Assembly: GCA_907165135.1 (NCBI GenBank)
Contig: OU015569.1
Span: 6,696,001 to 6,760,000, forward strand
Reading direction: 5' to 3'
DNA from: Oikopleura dioica
Taxonomy: Eukaryota; Animalia; Chordata
DNA: 64,000 nt
The notes beneath the pieces are model-generated. The model was not told the DNA's origin. It did not search any database and saw only the letters and a program-made list of their open reading frames with translations. This document shows positions 52,901-64,000 of the stretch, piece by piece. The position numbers and the translations under genes were made by a program. How positions within the stretch are numbered: position 1 is the first letter of the stretch; the number at the start of each line of letters is the position of its first letter.

Positions 52901-53386
52901 AAGCCTATGATTTTAATATGGCGAGTAGCGCGACACAATGCCACTAACTCCCGACCAGAAATTTTTATTAACTGCAAGTAGCTTTATTTCCTTTGCCGCT
53001 GAGGTGTCAAGAGGTCAATTGCTAGGGCACTTATCACAACAGCCTGCGTATACTTTGTTATCAAGGAAATTTTGCTTTTCCGAGGTTCAATGTTGCATTG
53101 TCGCGCCCTACATTGCGCATTTTGATTCGCTTTCATCTTCCCCATCTGATGCCGGTGCGTGAAAGATTAGCCGTCACGATCAAAACTTTCTAATGACTGG
53201 CTCTTGGTACCAATTACGGGTGGCACTGATGTCAACGTAATGACACCCTTTCGATTAGCATTAATTCGCATTTTTTTACTCCAAAAGTTTCATTCTAACT
53301 TATCATTTCAGATATGCTGCTGTATCACTGATTTCATTGTTGGATCTCCATAAACAACGAGCATAAGCAAACCTCCCTATCTTATA

Positions 53387-56300
53387 ATGAAGATCCCAAC
53401 TCTACATTTTCTCCTTCCCGTTTTTGTGCTGTGCAGGCTGCCAGACATCAACTTCCCAAAAGACGCCGTCCCGCGCATTCCCTCTTCCGTGCTTGCTGGC
53501 AAGCACGAGCTCTGGTCAACAGCAGGATTCCATCACTTTAAACTTGTCGAGTCTGGCACTCGCACTCGCACTGGCCCTAGCTTTGTTGCTTATGGCGTGG
53601 ACACGATCCGCTTTGAGAACCTCAAGAACCGCGACGACACGACGATTGAATGGAGTGCTCGACCAGAAGATGCAGAGGACTGCAAGTTCGACGAAGAAAA
53701 CCCAGACGAGATATGCCGAAATCATATCAACATTGTAGAACGATGGAATAAAAAAGGTCACTTCCTTGTCTGTGGAACAAATGCACGAAGGCCTAAATGC
53801 CGCATTTATGATCTCAGCTCGGACGAGCCACTGGCAGACATACAAGCAAAGGCGATGGAGACGGAAATGGACGCCCCAATGACACAAGCCGAGCCTGGAA
53901 AGTCAATCAAAGTTGAGTTTGTCAAAAACAGCGACAAGAAAAACTTTATGTTCTTTGCCAAAGAATTAGAAAAGGGCGGTGCTTTGAGCCGCACAACTCC
54001 GTCAGGTGATTCATTTTCACCGGAAGGTTTTTGGCCCTGAAAGACGGTGCGCTCTCCTCATCCGGACCGGTTCGTTTTATCAAAATGATTGACCTGGAGG
54101 AGCACGTGATGATATTTTTCACCGAAGTGCTTTCTGATGGAGAAACTGCCAGTCGCGTCGCCACTATCTGCAAGAATGACGACGGTGGAAGTCTCTCTGT
54201 GCTTACGAAAAAGTTTACTACCTTCATCAAGACATCTCTGACTTGTCCAGTGAAAGACGACTTTTCCTTCAGGTAATTATTATCAAAAATCGTTCACAAT
54301 TATTGAATCACTACGGAATTATCAATCCCGGTAGTATTAAAATTTTCCAACTACAGCTATGCTAAAAAGATAAATGCTCAATATGAGGGTCAGCTATTTG
54401 CCATGGAAAGGCCATATTTGCTCACATTGAGGAACCCAAGAGCCCTACAAGGGCTCATTGTTTTTGCTTTTACTATCCGATAGTATCTTTTTTTTGTGTC
54501 CTGGACATGTGGGATCCGATTTGCGCGCTTATCGCCACTCAGTGGACTATATAACTGGTCACTCTTAAATCCCCCGATAGCACAAGTGCCTGGCGCATCT
54601 ATTCCCCTCCCCAGAATCGTCACCCAAATCCCATTGGGCTAACTCCAAGCTTAACTCGTTCTCCCACGGATATTGCGACGCTTCTCCGTGTCTAAGCCAC
54701 ATTTGAGCCGTATATTTGACATTGAGCTTAATATAAGGACCAGTCGAAATTAGTTAGGAGAACTTATATTTGATCAGAAGATGATTCTGTTTGAGCCATT
54801 TATCTTATTTTTTGTTTACTGAGTGCGTTAGCAGGCTCCTCAAGTATTCCATTTTGTCGTTGGTAAAGAGCGTCAATATGCTCTCTGAATGGGCGACAAT
54901 TAGGCCCGCAAATGGCCGGCTAGGGCTGTAAGGCGCCACGTAAATTGATATATAAAAACAATTCTGCCAGCTTAACAATTCAATTTCAGCATCATGACCG
55001 CCGTATCCGACACAATCGAGATTAACGGGGCCGAGTCTATTCTCGTCAGCTTCACCAGCAGTCACGGTATTCCCGGCTCTAACGTCTGTGCCTTTGCTAT
55101 CGACGAAATCAAGGATGCCTTATTTGGAACGGGGGTTGATTTCGAAGACGCACAAGAGTTAAACCCCTGGAAAAATGCGCCTCGGGAAAATCCTGCAAGC
55201 TGCCTTGTGCCAGCAACAAGTTCCTATCAGTACTTGCAATACATTGAACGGAGCGCATCACTTTCCGACCATACGCCGAAGGCAATCGACGGGAGCCACT
55301 TTCTCATCCGAACAACGTTTTCAAAACCAGAAGATCGAGACCTTATCACGCAGTTGGAGATCCAGAAGCTCAATTCCAACAACGAAACCGCAATCGTCGT
55401 GATGGCAACTACCAATGGCAAGCTTTTGCGCGGGATTCTTAAACTTCGAAATGTCGAACGAAACAAACTCACTGCCGAGATCCGCCGCTTTGAGCTTCTC
55501 AGTGAAACCGATCTTTTCCTTCCCGAAGAGTGTCACGAAGGAGGAAGAGAGATTGAGGATCTTCAACTTTACGGCTCTACTGGTGGCATCAGCTCAAAGA
55601 CCGATATCTTTGTTTCCATGCCAGGTTGTGCGGTTAAGCTTTCGACCGACAGGATTTGCGCCAGCTTTGATTGTAAAATCGCATGCGATTCGAGTGGCGA
55701 TCCAGGCTGTTCGTGGAACGAAAAAGATACAGAATGTTCATACTCATCGGAATTAATGCCCAGATCATCAACCTATCAATTATTTTCTACCTGTCCTAAG
55801 AAAAATGGAGATGCGTATCGCCCAGTCTCATCTTCTCCTGTTTTCAAGTCACCAGTTGTTGAGTCCGATGAAAGTTTTGCGCCAGTTCAAAGCCCTAACG
55901 ATGGCATAAGCTCGGAAACAATCGTCGACGGCACCAGTGGCCAAGCGGAGGCAGCAAATCCAGATGAAGGATCAGTCAATAGTACTACCATATTGCTTGT
56001 TGTTATGCTCGTCGTTGGTATACTTATTGGCGGGGTATTCCAGTTTGTTATCAAGAAGTGTGCAAAAACAGGAGGAAATGGCGAAAAAGTACCAGAAGTG
56101 GACGTTAACCTAGATGGTATGGGCCCAAACATGATGACAGCTGGTGGTTATGCTATTGGTGGAAATGGCACACTCCATCGTCAAAGAAGCGAGCGACATC
56201 CTAGCGTTTACGAAAATCAGCAGCGAGTCGAATCAACGTCATCTGACTCGTCACGGGACTCCGGAATAAAGAGCTCAGAAGAGGAAGCGATGATTCCTTC

Positions 56301-57007
56301 CTCCCGTCGCGACTTCGAGTACAAGATCGGGTTCAACAATGGAGTCGGCACAACAGGGCGGATGCGCGAGCGACCAAAATATTTGAACACTGGTGTCGTT
56401 GGTGGTGGGCACAATACACTCGGCCACCAGCAAATTTATTACACACAAGCACGCCCCTCGCGCAATGGAAATGCACAGAACAATCTCAGTGGTTCTACAA
56501 ATTTCTTGACAACGTCCTCATCAAAGACACCGACGAGCACGACGCCTGGCATGTCTACTTTGGGTGGAGCGCCTAAGCCGAAACTAGGAACCTCAAGCCT
56601 CCGACATTACAACACCGTCGGTCATCGACCAGCTTACCATCGAAGCGAATCATGTCCAAGACCAGGCGCCTATCAACAGGTACTTTTTCATCATAATTTT
56701 CGGGCATTTATGCCGCATAATAACTTATAATAACTTCTATATTTTCCAAGTGTTAAAAATAATTCAGGTTGCGAATTCCCCAACGCGTGGAAATCAACAC
56801 TACCCCATCTTACGCTCCAATTCCAAAAATTTCGCGGTGTCTTCCGACAATCCCGCCAATATATACAACATATCTACCATTAACATCGATATCGAGCCGC
56901 ACGCAACATCGCCGCCGACGTCGACTAGTGGCTACAACTGGCCAGGAAGCTATCAGCAAAACAATGTTAGCCATTATGCTACTCTTCCTAAGGTAAGAAT
57001 TCGCTAA
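53387..57007 (+). CDS. SEMA6: Transmembrane semaphorin, class 6-like (Sema + PSI + TM + long low-complexity tail, no Ig)
   Basis: Signal peptide; ICRNHI, LVCGTNARRPKC; SRVATICKNDDGGSLSVLTKKFTTFIKTSLTC; GIPGSNVCAF; PSI CKIACDSSGDPGCSW; TM ILLVVMLVVGILIGGVFQFVI; introns ~54008-54043, 54273-54989, ~56680-56767. Confidence 0.85.
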
Positions 57008-57745
57008 TTTGATGTGTAATTGATGTGAACGTATAGGGTCAGAAAAGAGCTCAAATACGTCGTACTCCTTCAACGTCAAATGGTACACTGCCGAGAAATC
57101 AGAAGCCGATTCCTGTTCTCCCTCCAACGGTAAATTACTTTTCACTTGTGAATAAATTTAAGTATTATTTTAGGTGAGCCACGTTTTTGGCGAAACATAA
57201 AATAGACGAATAAAGAAAGTTAAAATTTATTCTTCATCGTTTCTAAGGTAAGCTGCATATCTTTGTTTTCTTGCTGACAGTTTATTTTAGTTCATGGCCG
57301 GTCCATATTTATTATATTCACATCTCGACAGCTTGCTTGCTACCAACTGACCCTACTACTAGAAAAATTCTAGCATCCGCTGTTCCCACTCTTACTTTAC
57401 TCAATGCCCGAGCTCTCCTTCGATAGGATTTCAGAGCTCCATTCGTCTATTCAAGTACTGCTCAACCTTATCAAAAAACGCACCATAAGTGACTTTAACT
57501 AAAATGCCTTCTTGAGTGCGACTATTAACGAACCCATTTCCTCAACTTCAGCAAACTTGTACGAAAACCAGTATAAAAAGAACCAACTTATGAAAATATA
57601 TGCTATGCCTATCGCTCCGACAATGCATTTCCCCTTCTATTCTTGTTCTCTTCCGAAATACACTTAAAATTTATTTGTTGCCGTTTTGTTATGCAGGGAA
57701 AAAACGACTAAAATACTCCACTGAAAGTGAGCATCAATTCGTTAA

Positions 57746-58140
57746 GGGGGTAGAACTAGATTTTTGGAAAAAACGTGATTTTCGGAAGGCACTTTAAATA
57801 AGAAAAACCTGTTTTTACTTATGATTACGCAATTTCCTCAAAAATGTTGCTAGATAAATGGTTAAACTATCTTAAAATGAGATTTAAAAAACTTGGCTAG
57901 TCACGTGACTCGAGAAATTTGAGGACGCGAATACGCTAAAATTGCGATTTTCAAAGAGGTGGGTTGACGTTTCGCTCTCTAGCGCCAAAATGTGTTGACG
58001 AAAAAAAATTTTAAGAAAAATGTTGTTAGATCTAGGTTTGTTCTATCTTCAGCCGAAGAGAGAATTTGAAAATCTAAGCTCTCCTGGCTTTGAGCGCCGG
58101 TCTAGAATTGCCTATTTTCAAAAAACCTAGTTCTACCCCC
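57746..58140. mobile_element. MITE with TTAA TSD and GG..CC termini (Kolobok-like)
   Basis: TTAA (57742-57745)|GGGGGTAGAACTAGATTTTTGGAAAA ... TTTTCAAAAAACCTAGTTCTACCCCC|TTAA (58141-58144). Confidence 0.8.
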
Positions 58141-58169
58141 TTAATCGCTATGGACAGAGTTTTTGGTTT

Positions 58170-58645
58170 TCATGGGGCCTCTGCTTTCACGGGTCTGGGT
58201 AGACTGTGCGTCGAGTTGCTGTGAATTTCCTTCAAGTTTTGCAACTCTACAATAAGAGATCGATTTTGCTCTTAAAAATTCTGATCAGCAGTTTTTTGGC
58301 AGAAAAAGTACCTTCTAAAACTTGCACTCGATTTTCCAAGCATTTAACATACTCCTTCTTCTTTCGCCGACATTCTCTAGCTGCTTCGCGATTTTTCAAT
58401 AACCTATTTTCTCGCCTTCTCGCTGCTTCTTCTGCAATTTCCGACGGTCCGGTATGACTTGAAATGAAATTGTGACCCATTCCAGTGTTCATGTAACTTA
58501 GTCCATTAGGATTTGCTACTGGAAAATTGAAGTCTAAAATCGAGTTTATATCTCGGAACTGGCTGGAAATACCTTGTGGATTGTTCATTTGTTGTCTGTT
58601 TGCATCAAACCAGAACTCGCAGGTTGGAACAGTCCTCTGGCTCAT
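58170..58645 (-). CDS. CREB: CREB/CREM/ATF1-family bZIP transcription factor, short form
   Basis: EEAARRRENRLLKNREAARECRRKKKEYVKCLENRVQVLE|EQNRSLIVELQNLKEI; GT-AG intron in the zipper; stop at 58170. Confidence 0.92.
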
Positions 58646-58700
58646 TTGTGAGAAAGGCGTAATCTTTAAAGGTAAGTATGATTATTAAGTGTAAGATGAC

Positions 58701-58900
58701 TGACGCCACCAGTAGTCGCTACTCTGGTGCACTACATTCCTTTATTATCGAAAATCAAACCTCTAAAATTAGCGCAAACGAAACGATATTTATATCAAGA
58801 GCTTCTTGAATTTCGCCAATTATACAGTGCGTGTCACTTACATCAAACGCCGACACTGATCCTTCGTCAATACTTCCCATCTTCAAGTCACAGCTCGTCA
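58701..58900. promoter_or_regulatory. Cluster of CRE half-sites upstream of the CREB-like gene
   Basis: TGACGCCA 58701-58708, TTACATCA 58838-58845, CGTCA 58865-58869 and 58896-58900. Confidence 0.35.
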
Positions 58901-59715
58901 GTAATCGCACTTTCGTTTAGTAAAAAAACTTGTATTTCGAGTCACGAATAATGAGATGTCATATTTATTGATATGTGGTGATGCGCCATCAGCTGGGAGT
59001 CGAAAACGCGCCACCTACAGAATAGAATCGATACTGTTGCAAAGAAATTACACTAGTCAAAGTCACGTTAGACTAGAAGCAACTCTTTTTTAATGCGTTA
59101 CACTACAAGATACTACAAAGCACTTGTATGAAGCTGATTCATTGAATCATGTATCCTAGTTATTATAATTGACTGAAAGTTTCAAGCTACTGGGTAGTAG
59201 CTCTGGGAGACGTTAAAAGGTTCGAGCTTCGATGTGCATAATTACTTCAGTAAGTAAAGTTCAAACTTTTTTTGCGATGGAGAATAATGATATTTTCTCC
59301 CAAATCAAATATCTTCAATTCCGCAAATTAACGGATTAATAATGTTGCATCACGCATCAGAAATCACGCTTTGATATTCGGCCGCTCTATATTTTGCATT
59401 TATTATTCAGTCAAAGCTGATTATTGAAATTATCAACGAACAAAGACTTCGAACTTTCAGATCTAAGATGAGCAATAATTAATAATCAATTCGACATATG
59501 GGTGCTAATTATATCCGGTTCTGATCTTAGCCCTATTTTATAATAAAATGCAATTTGCATATTATTTTAGACGACTGACTAATACTGACTCAAAAATGCC
59601 CTGCAAAACAAGAAACGACAAACATAATCTAATCAATCACTTCTTGTTCGTATTGTGTGAGGCAGTGAAAGAAGTGAAAGATATGATTTAGAGGAAAGAA
59701 GATTTGCGTCGGGAA

Positions 59716-61020
59716 TCATCGACGACCTTCGGCAAATTTCTTTCCTTTCTTCGCGAGCTCCAGAAGAACGTCCTCTTTCTCGCTTAGGATTGGCAGCTTG
59801 GAGATCGCGTAGTTCTGTAATATATACTTTACTGGCATTGAATGTTGATCTTTGAACTTACCGATGCGGAGGCATACTTCAGCTTGGTGGCAGTGTACTT
59901 CTTCGAGTGCGCACCGAAATGGACCATAAACAGGCATTTCGCCAGTAGACTGGTCACATTTTCGAGATCTGAAACGGAGTATCTCGAAGTGTGCTCAAGA
60001 ATCGGTAGCCACTCTCCCTCGGTGATGAGCGTGATAGACAGCCACAGAGCACCTGCAGCAACTAGAGATGGCTTCATGCTCGCCAAATCGTAGTCCATCA
60101 AAGCCAGCTCGCACAAGTACTTAATATTAGCGATATTTAAAGATGGAGAGTTACTGAAAATTACCTTTGACAGAGTGTACTCTCGAGGATCGATCGTCTC
60201 CTCTGCGACTCTGGAAAATCGTCGTACGAACTCAAGCGAGTAAGCGACGGATAGATCGCAATCTAGACGACCAAGCACTTCCAGCTCCATGTCTTTTATC
60301 TCGTCTTAATTTGTTTATATTAAATTTGTTCGATAGCTTTGTTTTACCAGTGGTGTAAGCCCGGTCACAGACGTAGACAAAGTCGCTGAGAGATGGCGAG
60401 TAGATCTCCTCATTTTTCGATGCAAGCATCATGCATGCAATGCCAATCAGCTGCATTTGCGACTTTTCAACAGTTTCGGTGCGCTGAAGATAACGATCCA
60501 TGTACGCGACGGTTAGGAAGATTGTGTCGTTGAGAAGACGGAATCGTCTTCCAACCTGCACCATCCAGTCGGTAAGGATCTGACGCATCTTCGGCGAGGC
60601 GCTTTGACCGTGGTGAGCCAGAAAATTAGGTCGCACTTCCTTCGAGTGCTCGAGGAAGCGCAAATACCCATAGACCTGCTCGACGTGGTCCTTGCACCAC
60701 CGCTCGTCCGACTAAAGAAAGCGTCACTTTATGCATTAACAGTTTATTTGAATACCTCATCCATGACTTCAATTTTCTTGAGCTGGGCTGACAAAGCCTG
60801 CGCTCCGCTGTCGATTGCTTCCCAGGCCATCTCCTCGACATTCTCCTTAGGAGTTATCTCAGTAGGTTGAATGGCCTTCACCGGGCCAGTTTCCTGGACG
60901 TTCACATCTCGGTTAAGAGCTAAAATAGCAATAACACTCCGTTCACTTTTTGAAATCAGGAAAATCTGTCAATTTAAACATCTCTTTATTACCTTGAAGC
61001 TGTTCCCGGTCAGTATTCAT
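59716..61020 (-). CDS. CCNB: B-type cyclin
   Basis: D-box-like REQLQ|ALN near the N-terminus; VYGYLRFLE; MRQILTDWMVQVGRRFRLL..TIFLTVAYMDRYL; MQLIGIACMMLASKNEEIYSP; second cyclin fold KYLCELALMDY..PSLVAAGAL. Confidence 0.92.
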
Positions 61021-61344
61021 CTCGACGATTAAAAGCAAAGGACAATTGGATCTCACGAATTCAAAAAATTTTCTCGCAAGTGCAAAGTTTGGCCTTCGCA
61101 GATGGGTTTTATACGGTTCCTGTCCGACACCGTCAAATCAGAGCACCACGAACGAGCCACCTTGAGAAAAAAAACCGTTGTCGATTGCCCTGAAAGACAC
61201 AGAGCGCGCGCTTTCTGGGCGTTTGTTGTTGAAAGAGTGAAACTTGCATAACCCAAGTCTGTTTTTTCGGATTATCAGATCAAAAAAAAATCGCAGAAAA
61301 ATATCCATAACGGCACGCAAATGCATGTTTTATGCTGTAACATA

Positions 61345-61764
61345 GGACGATAAAAATATATTTCCTGAGAAATTACAAAATAGCGTGTTTTGACCCTTTT
61401 TGTTTCAAGCTTTTCGAGTACAATCAGTGCTCAACTATGCTTCATAATGTACCAAAAGAAAGCTCGTAGCCTATTCTAGGGGGATTTGAATAAAAAACTG
61501 AAGAAAATAAATTGTGTAACTAACAAATGAAGCTGGAAGTACCCTTTAATCACCGCCAAAGTAAAGTATCTAAGTGGTACCAAAATAATTTTTTGGGTCC
61601 ATTATTTCTCTTTTTGAATTAAAATCCCCCTAGAAGAGGCTTTAAGCTTTCTATTGGTATATTATGAAGCATAGTTGAGCACTGATTGTACTCGAAAAGC
61701 TTGAAACAAGAAGGGTCAAAACACGCTTTTTTGTAATTTCTCAGGAAATATATTTTTATCGTCC
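61345..61764. mobile_element. Palindromic MITE (~150-bp arms) with ATA target duplication
   Basis: ATA|GGACGATAAAAATATATTTCCTGAGAAATTACAAAA ... TTTTGTAATTTCTCAGGAAATATATTTTTATCGTCC|ATA. Confidence 0.85.
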
Positions 61765-62457
61765 ATAGTTTCCTCTTTGATCTCAGTGATAGAATAACGG
61801 CTAATAAACATGATCCTATTTGAAAAGTTTTAAGGGTTTTGCACTCCAAACCTATGGTCCATAGGCTATGGACCAAGAAGGTCAAAAACAGTCTCAGCAA
61901 TTATTTTAGCAAATTGCTGATTCTTCTTTTTGTAAGAATTCAATGAATCAGACTTCAGTACCAGAAAATGCGCGACTGACAGGAAAGACACTGTTTTCAA
62001 AATCGCCCGAAAAACGCGCACCCTGCCGAAAAGTCGAAATTCAATTATCAAATAATATGAGAAGATCGCCATACTATCAGCTGGAATTATTGCATGAATG
62101 GAGGTGAGATGAAATCAAAGTCGAATATTGATGACTATGTTAAATCCAGAAATTTCGTCAACTCATTTTCTAGACTTCAGCAATATCGTCGCAGTATCGT
62201 TCAAACTAAACAAGACAACTCAAACTTAATTGAAGAGAAATTCGGCCAGAAGGTGGTAAGATTAGTTAACTTTAGTTAGAGAAACAAGTATTCGAGGTGG
62301 ATGTAGAAATAACCTAGTTGGATCCCAAACTAATGATATCCCACCGATAAATCGCGACGCTGGCGCTAGAGCGTGTTTTTTACCCTCGAGCATGTGTCGC
62401 TGGAAGTTTAGAAATTTCTTTGCATCAATATTTTAAGAAATCAGAAGAGTTCAAACG

Positions 62458-62938
62458 ATGGAAACAATCTCACGGCCTTCAAGAAGAAATCGGAAACCTC
62501 CAACAAGATTCATCGATGAGACCTTCGACTACTCAATGGCCAGGAGGAATCTGAAAGTGTCACAGCAATCAGAGAAGCGACGGCGGATTCAAAAGGCGGC
62601 AAAAAAGAGAGAAGAGTTTGAAAGAAAACAGCATCTTCTTCGTGTAGAGAATGAAAGAAGAATCAGGGAGTTTTACAAGGGAGCAACAAGACGAAAACTG
62701 GAACCCCATTCTCCTGCAGGAATGCTTGGTGATGAATCAGGCGACGAGCAAGCCATCAGTCCAGCTGACGCACGATCGGAACGGTTGAAAAGAGTCCGCC
62801 GTAAGCTCCGATACAAAAGGTATTTTTGCTATTTTTCGGATGTTTATAATTCGTGATTTTAGTGAACTTGACATGAAAAGAAGACTCTTCAAGAGGATCG
62901 ACGAAATATGCATTCAACTTGAAAAGATAAGATTTTGA
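62458..62938 (+). CDS. Small basic, probably nuclear, hypothetical protein (2 exons)
   Basis: Arg/Lys-rich ORF METISRPSRRNRKPPTRF..; GT-AG intron at ~62820-62863 joins in frame to ELDMKRRLFKRIDEICIQLEKIRF*. Confidence 0.55.
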
Positions 62939-64000
62939 AAGGAAGAAACTTCAAAAATTACGGATATTTTTGTACACTGATTTTGTGGGACTTTAATAAA
63001 CTCAGAAAATAAAAAAAAACATATTGTTTAGTGTTGTATGATTTATTTGGGTTGGGCTATAATGTTAAAGCTATAATCTTAGGATTTATCCAAGGAAACA
63101 AACTTATAGATTAGTTCGACAAGGATAACTTAGTCGATAGGCTGTTTATAGAGGACGAATACAGTCGATTGTTATGACAGTTTAGCAGTGAGTACATAAC
63201 CATTTTGCTTTTATAATGGCGCAAAGATGTTGGAGTTTATGTCATAAACTTTATAAAGATTGTATGGGCTGCATTCAGGAGGTTTACTCGCCAAATTCTC
63301 AAGGATGAAGTGACATTCTTCCTCACATCGTCCTACTCTTCCACTTTGACTCCATCCTTGTTTCCACCATAATCAGAATGTTTTTTATTATCTGTAGTCT
63401 CTTCTTTGTTTTTTCGAGATGAGGAGCATGAGTTGTGCGAATAGCTCAGCGGGTTGCGGCTCACTTGCCCCCGAGTGTAAAAGCCAAAAAGGGCTCAATG
63501 AGCGGACAGCGACCATTCAAAATCCAACAAATTTTTAAAGATTATCCCTTGTTATAAGAGAGAACTTGACCGGATCTTTCTAAGCAGAGAAGACAGAACA
63601 GAATGCTCAGAGAAGCTTGGAGGACGCAAAGGTGCGCTACGCCTTACTGAAGTGTTTGTTATCATCTTTGTTATCAGTTATATTTTTACCATAATTTTGG
63701 CGCGTCCGCGATAAACGGCGAGAAGGTAACTCATAGAGTTACTTTAAAACTTCCACCAAGAATTCAGCATCGTTGACAATTAATCGATTGATAAACGTTA
63801 AACGTGCTAATGATCAGAGATATAATTTTTCCGATCTAACTGTTGCGAGAAGCACGTTTTTTACAAGAACTGAACAGAAGATCGAACTTTGAAAGTCGCG
63901 TCCTTTGTAACCCAATACAAATTATCTTCGACTTGTCTAAACAGAGCTCTTTCGTCGAACATAAATTCCGCTATTTGGTACATTCGTTTTCTCGGAGAAT

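Noticed and set aside
54273-54989. Unusually long semaphorin intron as a hidden exon or element (antisense ORF 54390-54623)
   Set aside because: Flanking exons join in frame to a complete Sema segment; no TIR, TSD or protein motif was found inside
53424-56996. Overlapping alternative-frame and antisense ORFs across the semaphorin (also across PDE3 and cyclin B)
   Set aside because: Shadow ORFs of GC-richer coding sequence with no independent motifs or splice support
58645-59716. Cyclin B and CREB as an operon
   Set aside because: The ~1-kb gap with its own candidate promoter motifs is much longer than typical intercistronic spacers

Overview
Eukaryotic genomic DNA from a very compact, gene-dense animal genome, most likely the appendicularian tunicate Oikopleura dioica or a close relative. 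This is inferred from 30-60 nt introns, several GA-AG/GG-AG/GC-AG introns needed to restore conserved motifs, and chordate-type genes. The window holds about 20 intron-containing genes. Recognisable ones are a Cys-loop anion channel subunit, class-3 lipase, SRCR/TSP1 membrane protein, Gla-domain protein, stand-alone UBR-box protein, catalytically dead sPLA2-like protein, PDE3, a GPI-anchored three-finger/TGF-beta-receptor-ectodomain-like protein, a PIGV-like GT-C enzyme, a ricin-B lectin-like protein, a GT31 beta-1,3-glycosyltransferase, a class-6-like semaphorin, a short CREB/CREM bZIP and cyclin B. There are also seven non-autonomous DNA transposons with readable target-site duplications (TA, ATA, 8 bp, 9 bp, TTAA), one nested inside another. 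About 36-44 kb and 47-53 kb are largely non-coding. No rRNA, tRNA or CRISPR array was found. Gene models were assembled by hand, so exon boundaries are approximate unless stated; motif comparisons to human proteins are from memory and were not checked by alignment.
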